A DNA stretch of 64,000 bases, taken from IMG/VR virus record IMGVR_UViG_3300028883_000033, positions 32,001 to 96,000 of that record, one strand, 5' to 3'. This DNA comes from a virus. The notes beneath the pieces were generated by a model, which worked only from the letters and a program-made list of their open reading frames with translations, was not told the origin of the DNA and ran no database searches. The translations under genes were made by a program, and so were the position numbers. Shown one piece after another: positions 1 through 9,285 of this stretch (its first letter is position 1; each line of letters starts with the position of its first letter).

Positions 1-374
1 ATTTCAAGGAAAGAATCAATTTTTTCGACAAGATCGCCAAGATCGCTTTTCAGCTCATCTGCCATAGCAGCTTTCGCTTCAACAATCTTTTCAGCATACT
101 CGGCTTCCAAATCACGGAAACGCTCGATGTCTTCTTTTAGCTCGTCGATCTCGTTTTCGAGGTATTCACCAACTTTGGTGTCAATAGCTTCGATCAGAGT
201 ATCTTTCTCCTGAACCCACTGTTCAGTTAATTCCGCACGAACGTCAGCAGCTGCTTCATCCTTTGCAGCTGCAATCGCTTCGTCCAATTGCGTCTTGAAC
301 GCTTCTTCCAGTTCCGTTTTTGTATCCTCGGAAAGGACTTCAGCCTCAAGGAGTTTTTGCAGCAACTCGTTCAT
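1..374 (-). CDS. Prohead core scaffold protein (gp22-like), partial, runs off the window
   Basis: Not in ORF track; read manually: ATG at 374, AGGAG RBS, MNELLQKLLEAEVLSEDTKTELEEAFK..., acidic coiled coil, directly downstream of prohead protease as in T4 order 20-67-68-21-22. Confidence 0.8.
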   Translation of the reverse strand, partial: MNELLQKLLEAEVLSEDTKTELEEAFKTQLDEAIAAAKDEAAADVRAELTEQWVQEKDTLIEAIDTKVGEYLENEIDELKEDIERFRDLEAEYAEKIVEAKAAMADELKSDLGDLVEKIDSFLE

Positions 375-438
375 TGTGTAGTCTCCTTAGTAGTTTAGAT
401 CTGTAACGTGTTATGTAACGTACATTTTTACACATTAT

Positions 439-446
439 TATTTATA
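439..446 (-). promoter_or_regulatory. T4-type late promoter TATAAATA
   Basis: Perfect TATAAATA on minus strand between terminator and scaffold gene. Confidence 0.75.
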
Positions 447-464
447 ATGGGGAGGTCTACCAAC

Positions 465-496
465 AAAAAAGTCGCGGGGCGAACCGCGACTTTTTT
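465..496. terminator. Intrinsic terminator after prohead protease
   Basis: AAAAAAGTCGCGG-ggcgaa-CCGCGACTTTTTT perfect stem with T-tract on both strands. Confidence 0.85.
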
Positions 497-539
497 CTTA
501 TAGAACAAGAAGTTATGTTTTAGAAGTTTTTTCGGATTT

Positions 540-1178
540 TTACTTGCGTTTCGCGAACATGCCTTCGCTAAGCCACTTCATAATCTCTTTCTTGAAGTAT
601 TTTTGCGCTGCATTATCGTGGCGAATAGCCTCAGCTAAGTCGACCACATTATGTCCGTTTCTTGCAAGCTCTAACGACTCTTGTATCGTCTGTGGATACG
701 CGTTAGGTGCTGACGGTTGGGCGACAATGTCAACCGTCACGAATTGGAAGCCTGTTACGCCACCAGATTCATTCACCTGTCCCGCTCCACGTGAGGAAAC
801 ACCAAGACCGACACCAGCGCCAACAAGTTCTTTGGCGATGTTGCCCATTGGGGTGCTGAGTAGTCGAGCTTTACCGTATGCGTTTGATCCATCCATCTTC
901 ATCTCAGTGATCACATGAGACACACGGTCCAGGTTGATCGTTAGAGATTGTGGGTGATCAAGCTCTCCCATGATACCATTACGTTCTTTAATGGTAGCCT
1001 GAGCAATTTTCACAGCTTCGTTAATCTCTTTGGAAGGATAAACACGACCGTTACGGTTCTTGATATCAGCCTGCATAAAAATGCCTGACAGATACGTGTT
1101 CAAACCATCCTTAGAACTTTCTGTGATGATATTTGCTTCTGTTGGAAGAAGCTCTTCTACTAGCAATTCCGTTTTCAT
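540..1178 (-). CDS. gp21: Prohead maturation protease (T4 gp21-like)
   Basis: GIFMQADIKNRNGRVYP, GELDHP, VSH, GVSSRG (catalytic Ser), DIVAQPSAPNA motifs. Confidence 0.95.
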   Translation of the reverse strand: MKTELLVEELLPTEANIITESSKDGLNTYLSGIFMQADIKNRNGRVYPSKEINEAVKIAQATIKERNGIMGELDHPQSLTINLDRVSHVITEMKMDGSNAYGKARLLSTPMGNIAKELVGAGVGLGVSSRGAGQVNESGGVTGFQFVTVDIVAQPSAPNAYPQTIQESLELARNGHNVVDLAEAIRHDNAAQKYFKKEIMKWLSEGMFAKRK

Positions 1179-1193
1179 AGTAGTTTCCTTAGA

Positions 1194-1841
1194 TTAGTCT
1201 TTAGTTCCCATAGAGCGCTTGCCGCGGCCATCGTCAAACTTGCTGACTTTGCCCTTATCGGCTCCTGCATGGAACTCGGGACCACGTGCCTTGGTGTCAT
1301 TAGACTTCTTAGGCTTCTTTCTCAGGCTGTCGCCTTCGATCTTGCCTTTATCTGCGCCTTCTTTGAACTCAGGACCACGTGCCTTGGTGTCATTAGACTT
1401 CTTAGGCTTGTCACGTAGGCTATTGCCACTGATCTTGCCTTTGTCAGCACCAGCATGGAATTCAGGACCACGAGCTTTAGTCAGGTTAGCGTGAGGGTTA
1501 GTAGAGCTTTCCTTCACGTCTTCCTTCTTATCTTTCTTGCTGTCCTTCTCGTCTTTTTCGTCTTTTTCGTCTTTGTCTTCAGCTGCATCTTCTGCAGATT
1601 CGTCTTCATCGCCATCATCGTCGATGTCTGCGAAGTCAGGTTTTTCGCCCTTCTTCTCACCGAGAATCAGATGACGAGTCTTTTCTTGAAGATAGTTGTG
1701 AAGATGTTCAGCAGCTGCATCCGAGTCGCCAGCAATCAGCGCTTCGACCATTTTATGGACAGCATTGATCTTCTTCTCAGAGTTTTCGCCTTTATTCACC
1801 TTACGAACTTTCTTGTCGTAATCTTTGTCGCCACGTGCCAT
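1194..1841 (-). CDS. Prohead core/internal protein with gp67-like helix, acidic linker and basic C-terminal repeats
   Basis: Between portal and protease; MVEALIAGDSDAAAEHLHNYLQEK helix; KPDFADIDDDGD; three TKARGPEF repeats. Confidence 0.6.
   Translation of the reverse strand: MARGDKDYDKKVRKVNKGENSEKKINAVHKMVEALIAGDSDAAAEHLHNYLQEKTRHLILGEKKGEKPDFADIDDDGDEDESAEDAAEDKDEKDEKDEKDSKKDKKEDVKESSTNPHANLTKARGPEFHAGADKGKISGNSLRDKPKKSNDTKARGPEFKEGADKGKIEGDSLRKKPKKSNDTKARGPEFHAGADKGKVSKFDDGRGKRSMGTKD
1248..1481 (-). repeat. In-frame tandem repeat, 93-nt (31-aa) period, about 2.5 copies
   Basis: TKARGPEF(H/K)(A/E)GADKGK x3; GCCTTGGTGTCATTAGACTTCTTAGGCTT at 1288 and 1381. Confidence 0.9.
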
Positions 1842-1847
1842 TTTGTT

Positions 1848-2024
1848 TTACTCCTCGTCGGGTGTTTCATCTGAAGCATCCGAAGCTGACTCCTTTTCTG
1901 GTGCGGTTCCCATGACATCCTGCATTTTACCCTGTAGGTAATCATGGAAATCCACCTGAGCTTGCTCGGGCTTCTGGTTAATCAAGTTATCCAGCATGTT
2001 CTGGAGTTTGTCCTTATCAGACAT
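1848..2024 (-). CDS. Small gp67-like prohead core protein (58 aa)
   Basis: Below ORF-track cutoff; MSDKDKLQNMLDNLINQKPEQAQVDFHDYLQGKMQDVMGTAPEKESASDASDETPDEE; GGAGG/AGGA RBS; directly follows portal. Confidence 0.75.
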   Translation of the reverse strand: MSDKDKLQNMLDNLINQKPEQAQVDFHDYLQGKMQDVMGTAPEKESASDASDETPDEE

Positions 2025-2037
2025 GTTCCTACCCTCC

Positions 2038-2045
2038 TATTTATG
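2038..2045 (-). promoter_or_regulatory. Late promoter CATAAATA (second TAAATA at 2056-2061)
   Basis: TAAATA core upstream of core protein genes. Confidence 0.55.
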
Positions 2046-2070
2046 ATAGTCTGTGTATTTAGGTTATAAA

Positions 2071-3741
2071 TTATCCGGCTTCACCAGCAGGAGGCGTTTC
2101 TCCACCAGCAGCAGCACCGCCTTCAGCGCCCATGCCCATGTCACCTTCGCCTTCCATTCCGCCAGCTTCCATACCCATATCCATTCCGCCTAGGCCGCCG
2201 CCCATGCCGCCTCCGCCGCCTAGGCCGCCCATGCCGCCCATCATGTCTTCGCCAGGACCATAAAGTTGACCGTAGTCCTCTTTACCGCCATCTGGATCAA
2301 GACCTTTTTCTTCACGCAGCATGCGTTCGTTGCGGATGATCTCTTCGTCGGACATCATCAGGAAGCGTTTCATGATGAAGCGTTTTGAGAAGTACTGGAT
2401 ACCGTCTGCGGATCCGTAACTTGACAACAACTGGCTATCAAGCTCGAACTGACGATACTTGCCGAAGTTAGAAGGTTCAGGTAAACGGAGACGATACATT
2501 GACGGATCAACGTATACATTGCTATCCCGCAAAAATGCTTTGAACTCTTCATCGAATACTTTTTCGAGACGACCTTGTAAGCGCATAATGTATAGAGCAA
2601 AACGTAGCTCTTGAATATATGCAACGCCCGCTTTACCATCATTAAAGATGCCGCCGCCATCCGCCTGCTCCAGCATGTATGATGCTGGGACTTTCAGACC
2701 ACGCCACACCTTCTTCTGAAAGTATTCCAGATCAGACAATTCACCAAGACCTTGACCGCCTGGTAATGTTTCAACTTTAGAGCCGCGACCATCAGGACGC
2801 GCCGCAAAGAAGAAGTCTTCTGACATTGAATGTGGGTTGTATACAGAATCAACTTCCATCTGGCCACCATGAGCGTTTGGAATTTTCTTCTGTTTGATTT
2901 CATTCTTGATTGTCTCAAGATACTGCTTCACGCGTTGTGGAGGCATCTTACCAACGTCAATATAGAACACACGACGTTCCGGGGCACGTTGAACTCGGTA
3001 AATGATGATTGCATCTTCAAGGAGTTCTTTCTGTTTATGTGCACGGTATACGGGACGTAATACAGATTCACCGAACGGAGCAGTGTCCGACATATCATCA
3101 TTTAACGTAAAACGAACGATGTCTTTAGCATCAATAATTTCAGTTTCGTATTGCTGCTCCTGCTTGGCACCGATTGGTAGACCATACCCTCCGGCTTTAG
3201 GTTTGTTCGTATTTTTCTTGACCTGCCATGCTACAACCTTGGTCGCATCGTCAGCGTCAACGATAGCAGCGATAACATTCTTAGGGTGAACAAACTGCCA
3301 TTTTTCGAATTGAGTTTTGCCTTTGCGGAAGAACACATCGCCGTATTTGACCGTCATGCGGGCTACGTCGAAGATTTTATTCTCCCAATCATGGATCTGG
3401 TTCCAGCGGCGAAGAGCTGCTTTCACTGTCAGCACAGCAGAGCTTTCAATGTTCTCTTCTTCTTCGGATAGAATATCAATGTCAATTGGGTCGTCAGTTT
3501 TTGGATTGTTCCCCGACATCTCTTCAGCGATTGTATCAAGCGCACGGGAAACCTCGACGTCGTTATCCATGAGATCATACTCACGGTAACGTGTCATGCG
3601 GGATGCTGACCCCTGAACAAGACGCTGATACCAGGTGTAATTGTTATACGCACCGGCATCCGCCATCTCCTGGCTGTCTGTCATCTTGACGTGACCAGGT
3701 TGCGGGGTTACAAATTTGAAATAACTAGTCCACTTTGCCAT
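2071..3741 (-). CDS. gp20: Portal protein (T4 gp20-like)
   Basis: LLEDAIIIYRVQRAPERRVFYIDVGKMP, EDFFF, GRGSKVETLPGGQGLG, ELRF motifs; Gly/Met low-complexity tail. Confidence 0.96.
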   Translation of the reverse strand: MAKWTSYFKFVTPQPGHVKMTDSQEMADAGAYNNYTWYQRLVQGSASRMTRYREYDLMDNDVEVSRALDTIAEEMSGNNPKTDDPIDIDILSEEEENIESSAVLTVKAALRRWNQIHDWENKIFDVARMTVKYGDVFFRKGKTQFEKWQFVHPKNVIAAIVDADDATKVVAWQVKKNTNKPKAGGYGLPIGAKQEQQYETEIIDAKDIVRFTLNDDMSDTAPFGESVLRPVYRAHKQKELLEDAIIIYRVQRAPERRVFYIDVGKMPPQRVKQYLETIKNEIKQKKIPNAHGGQMEVDSVYNPHSMSEDFFFAARPDGRGSKVETLPGGQGLGELSDLEYFQKKVWRGLKVPASYMLEQADGGGIFNDGKAGVAYIQELRFALYIMRLQGRLEKVFDEEFKAFLRDSNVYVDPSMYRLRLPEPSNFGKYRQFELDSQLLSSYGSADGIQYFSKRFIMKRFLMMSDEEIIRNERMLREEKGLDPDGGKEDYGQLYGPGEDMMGGMGGLGGGGGMGGGLGGMDMGMEAGGMEGEGDMGMGAEGGAAAGGETPPAGEAG

Positions 3742-3762
3742 ACTTAATTCTCTTATTCTTAT

Positions 3763-3770
3763 TATTTATC
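3763..3770 (-). promoter_or_regulatory. Late promoter GATAAATA
   Basis: About 20 nt upstream of portal ATG. Confidence 0.6.
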
Positions 3771-3799
3771 GTGAACTTAATACACGGTGTCATGTGCTA

Positions 3800-6184
3800 T
3801 TATCCCGCAACTGGTGTCCAAATTAAACGGTTAGATTTAGAAGATCCTTTCCTCATCACTTCTTCGTGCTGATCTTGACTCTGAGCATTTCCTTTTTCGA
3901 TTGCGTTTAGAACGCCTTTATCTTCTTTGATGGCTTCCTGGATTTGTGTCATTCGAGCGATATCGTCTTTAACGGCAGTGAGGGTATCTAACTGTTTCTG
4001 TGTTAATTGATTTCCCATATCCTGCAGATCTTCATATTTCTTTTGTTCGGCATGCAGCTTCATCAGAACATCATCTAATCGGTGCCCCGTTCGTTCCCTC
4101 GTGGATAGTTGTGCAAATTCACTAACATCCATCTTTTTGCCGCTTGCCAACTTGAACTGTTCGGGGCCGAGTCCCAAGAATCCACTTTCTTGTGCTCTGA
4201 ACGTCGAAACACCCGTTCGTCCATACGTTTTAGCGATCTCGCTCATGACTTTGTCGTGAACAGCTTGTTCATGAGCTTGACGAACACGTTTTGCTTCAGG
4301 AGATTCAAATGGTTTGTCGTCGTCTTTATTTTTATCACTGAACATTGACCACAACATCGGACCGACGGTGGTTGCAATCAATCCAATTATACCACCACCG
4401 AGAACGATCCCAACTATTCTCCCCAACAACCCTTTGAGTAAATTGCCACCTAGGCCGGACATCAACTTTCCTGCTCCAGCTGCAAGGCCTCCAGCTGCTC
4501 CAGCTGCTACCAACGTTCCCAATGCTTTCATTATAGGGCCTGAGAGTAATGACTGAATCGTGTCGATTACGCCGAGCGTTTTACCGAGGATTTCATTCCT
4601 CTTTACAGCATGTTTGTCGATATCCTGTATCGCTTTATATTGTTCAGTATTGAGGTTAGCAAAGTCACTCTTCGGTCCAAGAAGATGTTCGAGCCCAGTC
4701 GTTTCTAACATCTGGGCAGTCATCATCTCAGACGCAAAACCTTCACCCATTCGCTGTCCTACAACTGTTTGTGCTTCTTTTTGTAGTTCCGCAAACCGCT
4801 CATAATCACCCTCACCACGCATACCACGCCGCATGATTACTGCCATCTCTTCGGCAGCTTGTCCGAATCCGAGAGCACCACCAACGGCCTGTAGTTTAGC
4901 CGCTTCTTTTAGACGTTCCTTAGGACTCTTTGCGCCCAACGCAGCCATCGCATCAACAACTTTCATTGCTTGCTCTTGCATCAGACCAAATGTGCGTAGA
5001 CGCAGAACGGTCTGTTGAATTTCCTGTGCATGTTGCACGCGTTGCTGACGGTTCAATCGGTATATTTGTTCGTTTACCGCTTGAGAAGATTCTAGCTGCT
5101 TGTTCATTTGGACAAACTCTTCAGCGGTCATGGAAAACACTTCATTGAATTGTTTGAACGTTCGGACTTGCGTGTCCATGAACGCTTGCATCTGAGCCTG
5201 GTTTCCAGCCCCAAAGCGCTGAGCCATTCCGAATGCACTTGCTTGAACGCGAACCGCATCACGTAACTCACCAGTCCATCCAGTCAATGCGAGTGATCCT
5301 TGTTCAGTTACCTCTCGGAAGCCATCCATTCCCAACCCGGATGCGTTAATGGTCTGGCGGTACTCTGCCATGTTTTGAGCCATTTCTTCGGGGTTCATAC
5401 CAGCCATGAACGCTGTCAATGAATCAGAAACTTCTGTTCCAAATCTTGCGGCAGGGCGGGCTGCTTCACCGAACGCATGTGTTAAGCCAGCAATGACGGT
5501 TCCTAGTGATGCGAACTTGTCAGTCAAACGCGACATAGAGTCGCCCAATCGACCCATGAACCCACCACGCATTTTATCATTCATTTTTTGCTGAATTTTT
5601 ATCCCTTCTTTCAGCTTTTTTTCGTACTTCTTGCGTTCAACGATTACTCGGTGGAGGGACTTGCCTTCTTGAGCAGCAAGGCGTTTTACCTGCGCTGCAT
5701 ACACTTGACGCTCTTCGAATGAGGCGGTATCCATCTTGTTCAGCAACTCAACAATCTCAGCTGCATTGGAAACTTCTTTGACGAACTTCATTACGTCTGC
5801 GTTTCCTCTGATAACCGTTTTACTGAACATCTCGGTTTGTTTGAGATGTTTCTGTAATGTCTCAGGAACCATCTCAAAATTCGCATAGTCCAGTTTATCT
5901 ACCGCATCCATGAATGATGATGCTAGTAATTTGGAGTGTATGCCGATATCCTTACTGAACGTGCCGATTCTCTGACTGGCGCTACTGAATGTCTTCATGG
6001 TAGCTTTATTCAATTCAGCCTCGGCTTTCTTGAGCTTCATCTCCTGAGCAATACGGTCAGCTTCCGTATCACTCAATTTGTCCATGGACTTTGATAAATT
6101 ATCCACGCCAATACCAAGGCTACCATCTCTGACGGCACCTTTGAGGACTCCAATCAATTCTTGCAGTTGTTGTTCTAAGGGCAT
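3800..6184 (-). CDS. Probable tail tape-measure protein (gp29 analogue)
   Basis: 794 aa, helical A/Q/M-rich, Gly-rich hydrophobic segments near aa 550-615, adjacent to hub chaperone genes. Confidence 0.65.
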   Translation of the reverse strand: MPLEQQLQELIGVLKGAVRDGSLGIGVDNLSKSMDKLSDTEADRIAQEMKLKKAEAELNKATMKTFSSASQRIGTFSKDIGIHSKLLASSFMDAVDKLDYANFEMVPETLQKHLKQTEMFSKTVIRGNADVMKFVKEVSNAAEIVELLNKMDTASFEERQVYAAQVKRLAAQEGKSLHRVIVERKKYEKKLKEGIKIQQKMNDKMRGGFMGRLGDSMSRLTDKFASLGTVIAGLTHAFGEAARPAARFGTEVSDSLTAFMAGMNPEEMAQNMAEYRQTINASGLGMDGFREVTEQGSLALTGWTGELRDAVRVQASAFGMAQRFGAGNQAQMQAFMDTQVRTFKQFNEVFSMTAEEFVQMNKQLESSQAVNEQIYRLNRQQRVQHAQEIQQTVLRLRTFGLMQEQAMKVVDAMAALGAKSPKERLKEAAKLQAVGGALGFGQAAEEMAVIMRRGMRGEGDYERFAELQKEAQTVVGQRMGEGFASEMMTAQMLETTGLEHLLGPKSDFANLNTEQYKAIQDIDKHAVKRNEILGKTLGVIDTIQSLLSGPIMKALGTLVAAGAAGGLAAGAGKLMSGLGGNLLKGLLGRIVGIVLGGGIIGLIATTVGPMLWSMFSDKNKDDDKPFESPEAKRVRQAHEQAVHDKVMSEIAKTYGRTGVSTFRAQESGFLGLGPEQFKLASGKKMDVSEFAQLSTRERTGHRLDDVLMKLHAEQKKYEDLQDMGNQLTQKQLDTLTAVKDDIARMTQIQEAIKEDKGVLNAIEKGNAQSQDQHEEVMRKGSSKSNRLIWTPVAG

Positions 6185-6213
6185 TTACCAGTTTCCACGT
6201 ACAGTTACTGCCT

Positions 6214-6254
6214 TATTTATGGACAGGATCTCCGCGTTTTTGTGAGCATAAATA
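6214..6254. promoter_or_regulatory. Divergent pair of late promoters (CATAAATA minus 6214-6221; CATAAATA plus 6247-6254)
   Basis: Identical octamers pointing at the tape-measure and gp26-like genes. Confidence 0.7.
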
Positions 6255-6285
6255 TTGCATATCAATATCAATAAGGAGATCCATA

Positions 6286-7098
6286 ATGGAAAACACCGAA
6301 TCAGCAGTGGAACAAAAGCCAACCAATCCTCTGCTTCAACGAATCAAAATGCCGGGTGAGACTTTCACTTTGCCATCAGGCGGTCTTTTCTATGAAGAAG
6401 GGGTCCTAGATCCGTCAGTGACTGGGGCTGAAATTCATGTTCATCCAATGACGACTCTGGATGAAATCACGATGAAAACGCCGGATCTACTGTTCAGTGG
6501 AAATGCCGTTCGTCAAGTATTTGCACGCTGCATTCCACAAATCCTGGATACGGACCGTTTGCTGACCAAAGATGTTGATTTTCTTTTAACATGTCTCCGG
6601 AAGGTATCATACGGCGATCAAATGAAGATTGAGTACACACACTCATGCCCAGATGCAAAACAACATTCATATAACGCTGACGTATCCCAGTTTATTCGTC
6701 AGTCAAAGCGAATCGATCCGACGACCGTATCTAGCATGTTCATGGTAGAATTCCCCAATGGACAGAAGGCTAAACTCCAGCCCGTAGTGTTTAAAGAATT
6801 CGTTCGTATCATGCAGACATTGAATGCTCAACACAATGACGAGTCGCCTGAGAACCTCAAGGACGAAGTTCTAGCTTCAGTTGCCGGAATGATCGTCAGT
6901 GTCGATGACACTGAAGATAAAGGCATGATCAGGGAGTGGCTGGAACAGGTTCCACCTCAATACATTACTATGATTAACAACAAAATTGAACAGGCGTCTG
7001 GTTGGGGAACTGATTTCGACGTTAAGGTGAAATGCAAGGATTGTGGTGAGGAGATCACAATATCAGCTCCACTGAACCCTCTGGCTTTTTTTACCTAA
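6286..7098 (+). CDS. Baseplate hub assembly chaperone (T4 gp26-like)
   Basis: TLPSGGLFY, PMTTLDEI, DVDFLL..LR..SYG, C-terminal CKDC, ends in FFT. Confidence 0.8.
   Translation: MENTESAVEQKPTNPLLQRIKMPGETFTLPSGGLFYEEGVLDPSVTGAEIHVHPMTTLDEITMKTPDLLFSGNAVRQVFARCIPQILDTDRLLTKDVDFLLTCLRKVSYGDQMKIEYTHSCPDAKQHSYNADVSQFIRQSKRIDPTTVSSMFMVEFPNGQKAKLQPVVFKEFVRIMQTLNAQHNDESPENLKDEVLASVAGMIVSVDDTEDKGMIREWLEQVPPQYITMINNKIEQASGWGTDFDVKVKCKDCGEEITISAPLNPLAFFT
7086..7092 (+). other. Candidate -1 ribosomal frameshift heptamer T TTT TTT
   Basis: GCT TTT TTT ACC TAA; -1 frame open from 7050 through 7134-7322 ORF. Confidence 0.6.
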
Positions 7099-7133
7099 CG
7101 CTGAAATTCGGCCAACCGCAGGACGTTCAGGAT

Positions 7134-7322
7134 ATGTTTAAAGCCCTTGGAAGAGAAGTTGAAGATTTGATTGATGATGCTATTCAGATTTCATACTTTA
7201 TGCGGGGTGCAATATCATACGAAGGTGTTCTTGAGAGAACACCAGGTGAACGTCAGCGAATTGGAAAATTTATTGAAAAGAGATTGGATGCGGAGTCAAA
7301 AAGCCCGCATCCAATCTACTGA
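7134..7322 (+). CDS. Small hub/tail assembly ORF, probable frameshift extension of upstream gene
   Basis: YFMRGAISYEGVLERTPGERQRI resembles C-terminal half of tail assembly chaperones; in -1 frame relative to 6286-7098. Confidence 0.65.
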   Translation: MFKALGREVEDLIDDAIQISYFMRGAISYEGVLERTPGERQRIGKFIEKRLDAESKSPHPIY

Positions 7323-7331
7323 GTTTCAGCG

Positions 7332-8924
7332 TTATAGTATCTGATACCCTTCCCGCCACCATTTCGGGATCATTGCGTATGCATTTTTGTACAGATGTGC
7401 CCATGATTGGTCAAGAATGTATACGTTGCCCCAATCATCGGATGAGCGAACAACACGACCACCACCTTGGATGATATCAATCAGAGCACGGCGCTGATAC
7501 CATTCAGATGACATTTCCATCCGACGTTTGATCCACTGATCCCCAAGATACCCATAAGGGACTTTAACGAAGATGGCGAAACGGCCAAGCTCATCCTTCA
7601 GATCGAGACCCTCGGTACTAGATGGTGAAATCAGAACAGATGGTTTTGGATCACCCTGGAATGCTGTGATAACGGAATTACGATCATCACCGGAATCTGG
7701 GTTGTGGTGATACACTCTGTGTGACAGATCCAGCTCATCAACCAACCATTTTGCAATCTCGAAATTGCCAGTATGAATAATACCGGATTCCTTTTCATGC
7801 AGCTTGCATAATGTCGTAATTGATTCAAGCATATTAGCACGACCGTCTTCGTTCTCAGGCTGCTTCCACTTAGCGTTCATGCGAGCTTTTGGCATGTAGT
7901 AAACAGGACGGTTTTCTGGATCAAATTCAGATGACAGAGAAAGGTATGCCGCATCTTCTTCTGGAATGCCAAGGTCTTCACAGAATCCATCTTTATTGAG
8001 AATGGTGGAAGACATGAACAGGAATTTGTCTGCCATCGGCATTACGATGCGTCTAAATGAATACTCACCTGTCAGCCGCTTGAACTGGAACATCGTTTTG
8101 TCCCATGTGAGAACAAACTGAGATGTCAGTCCTTCAATTGGCATCAATGACATCTCCATCGCCTCATCAGCATGATCCTGCAGGCCAGCAAATTCACGCA
8201 ACTTGCGGATTTCAGACTTGGTTAAGTCAGTTCCTGCCTTGTCAAAAAGCGGTTCCACCTCATCCTCAAGTTTTTTGAGTGCGTCATTTAATTTGGGTAC
8301 ATATTGTTCTTTGAGCCATTCATGTGCCTTGACAATGTCTTTGAATGGTTTGTAGGGAAGTGCATACTTAGTGCACCGGCCTTCCATTACTTTGAATGCA
8401 TCAAAATCAACCAAATGCTGTTCCAGAGTATGGCACTCGTCCATTACCATGACACTACGTTTATTAAATGTCTTGGTGTATGCAAAGGACGTTAATGCGA
8501 GTTTGTAATTCAACACGGTATCAGATGCTACCTGAGCCAGCTTCTTTGCTTTTTGGAATGGGCAATTAGGGCAACGTGGCTTTACAATACCGCCAATGTC
8601 GCAAGTCGTTTTCTTTGGCTGACAAGCGTAATTTCCTTTGCCATACAAAGATGCCATGAATACCGGATCTATGTCTCGGACTGAGTTCTCGTATTGCTCT
8701 TGGAGGATACGCTGTGGGGTAAGGATGTATGAGTCGCCTCGTGTCTTTTGATGACGAGACCCCCTGTATTGGGAATATGTCAGACCTATATTCGATTTAC
8801 CAGCTCCAACCGGTGCTTCAAGTAATAGGTACTTGGCGTCTTGTTCTGCTAACCAATTAAGTGCTAGCTTCTGGTTTTCACGTGGCTCATATGGAAAAGG
8901 CCAAAAATCTAATATATCTGACAC
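7332..8924 (-). CDS. DinG/XPD-family SF2 helicase with Fe-S cluster
   Basis: Q motif PRENQ, EAPVGAGKS, four Cys (C-x6-C-x9-C-x2-C), DECH, EGLDL, QGGGRVVRS; start revised to GTG 8924 after GGGGAG RBS. Confidence 0.9.
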   Translation of the reverse strand: MSDILDFWPFPYEPRENQKLALNWLAEQDAKYLLLEAPVGAGKSNIGLTYSQYRGSRHQKTRGDSYILTPQRILQEQYENSVRDIDPVFMASLYGKGNYACQPKKTTCDIGGIVKPRCPNCPFQKAKKLAQVASDTVLNYKLALTSFAYTKTFNKRSVMVMDECHTLEQHLVDFDAFKVMEGRCTKYALPYKPFKDIVKAHEWLKEQYVPKLNDALKKLEDEVEPLFDKAGTDLTKSEIRKLREFAGLQDHADEAMEMSLMPIEGLTSQFVLTWDKTMFQFKRLTGEYSFRRIVMPMADKFLFMSSTILNKDGFCEDLGIPEEDAAYLSLSSEFDPENRPVYYMPKARMNAKWKQPENEDGRANMLESITTLCKLHEKESGIIHTGNFEIAKWLVDELDLSHRVYHHNPDSGDDRNSVITAFQGDPKPSVLISPSSTEGLDLKDELGRFAIFVKVPYGYLGDQWIKRRMEMSSEWYQRRALIDIIQGGGRVVRSSDDWGNVYILDQSWAHLYKNAYAMIPKWWREGYQIL

Positions 8925-9008
8925 CGAAAAGGTCTCCCCGAATAGTTCTTTAATTTCCGAGATTTTACCGCAAAACTCCCGCAAAGACCACAAGAAAAAT
9001 TTCAGGCA

Positions 9009-9285
9009 GAATAGGAAATACTCACTGCGTTCGCATTTCCTATTCGTCGTAGAACTAATCAATACCTAAGTTTTATTAAAGTATGACCGCCCCCTTTATG
9101 ACCCCAAGTGTCAAAGGAAATACGGGCTCGTAAATCGGTATCCCCTGTCCAGTTTATCGCTCCGAGTACTGGCAAACGGTTGGGTCTCTCATAAACTGAA
9201 GCACAGTAATACCCACAACTGCTTCAGACCTCACACTATGGTCTCCCTATTAGTGGCGGCGCTCCTCATAACGTAGAGGCGGACG
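9009..9285. ncRNA. Candidate structured non-coding element (RNA or origin-like DNA)
   Basis: Largest intergenic gap; at least six stems readable by eye; no family assignable. Confidence 0.35.

Noticed and set aside
402-421. Direct repeat TGTAACGT x2 in the scaffold gene leader
   Set aside because: Only 8 nt, two copies; cannot be distinguished from chance
1248-1481. 93-nt periodic repeat as CRISPR array
   Set aside because: In-frame coding repeat with conserved intervening sequence, no unique spacers
8925-9062. 46-aa N-terminal extension of the helicase in the ORF track
   Set aside because: Non-ATG start with no RBS; GTG 8924 has a GGGGAG SD and sits just before the Q motif
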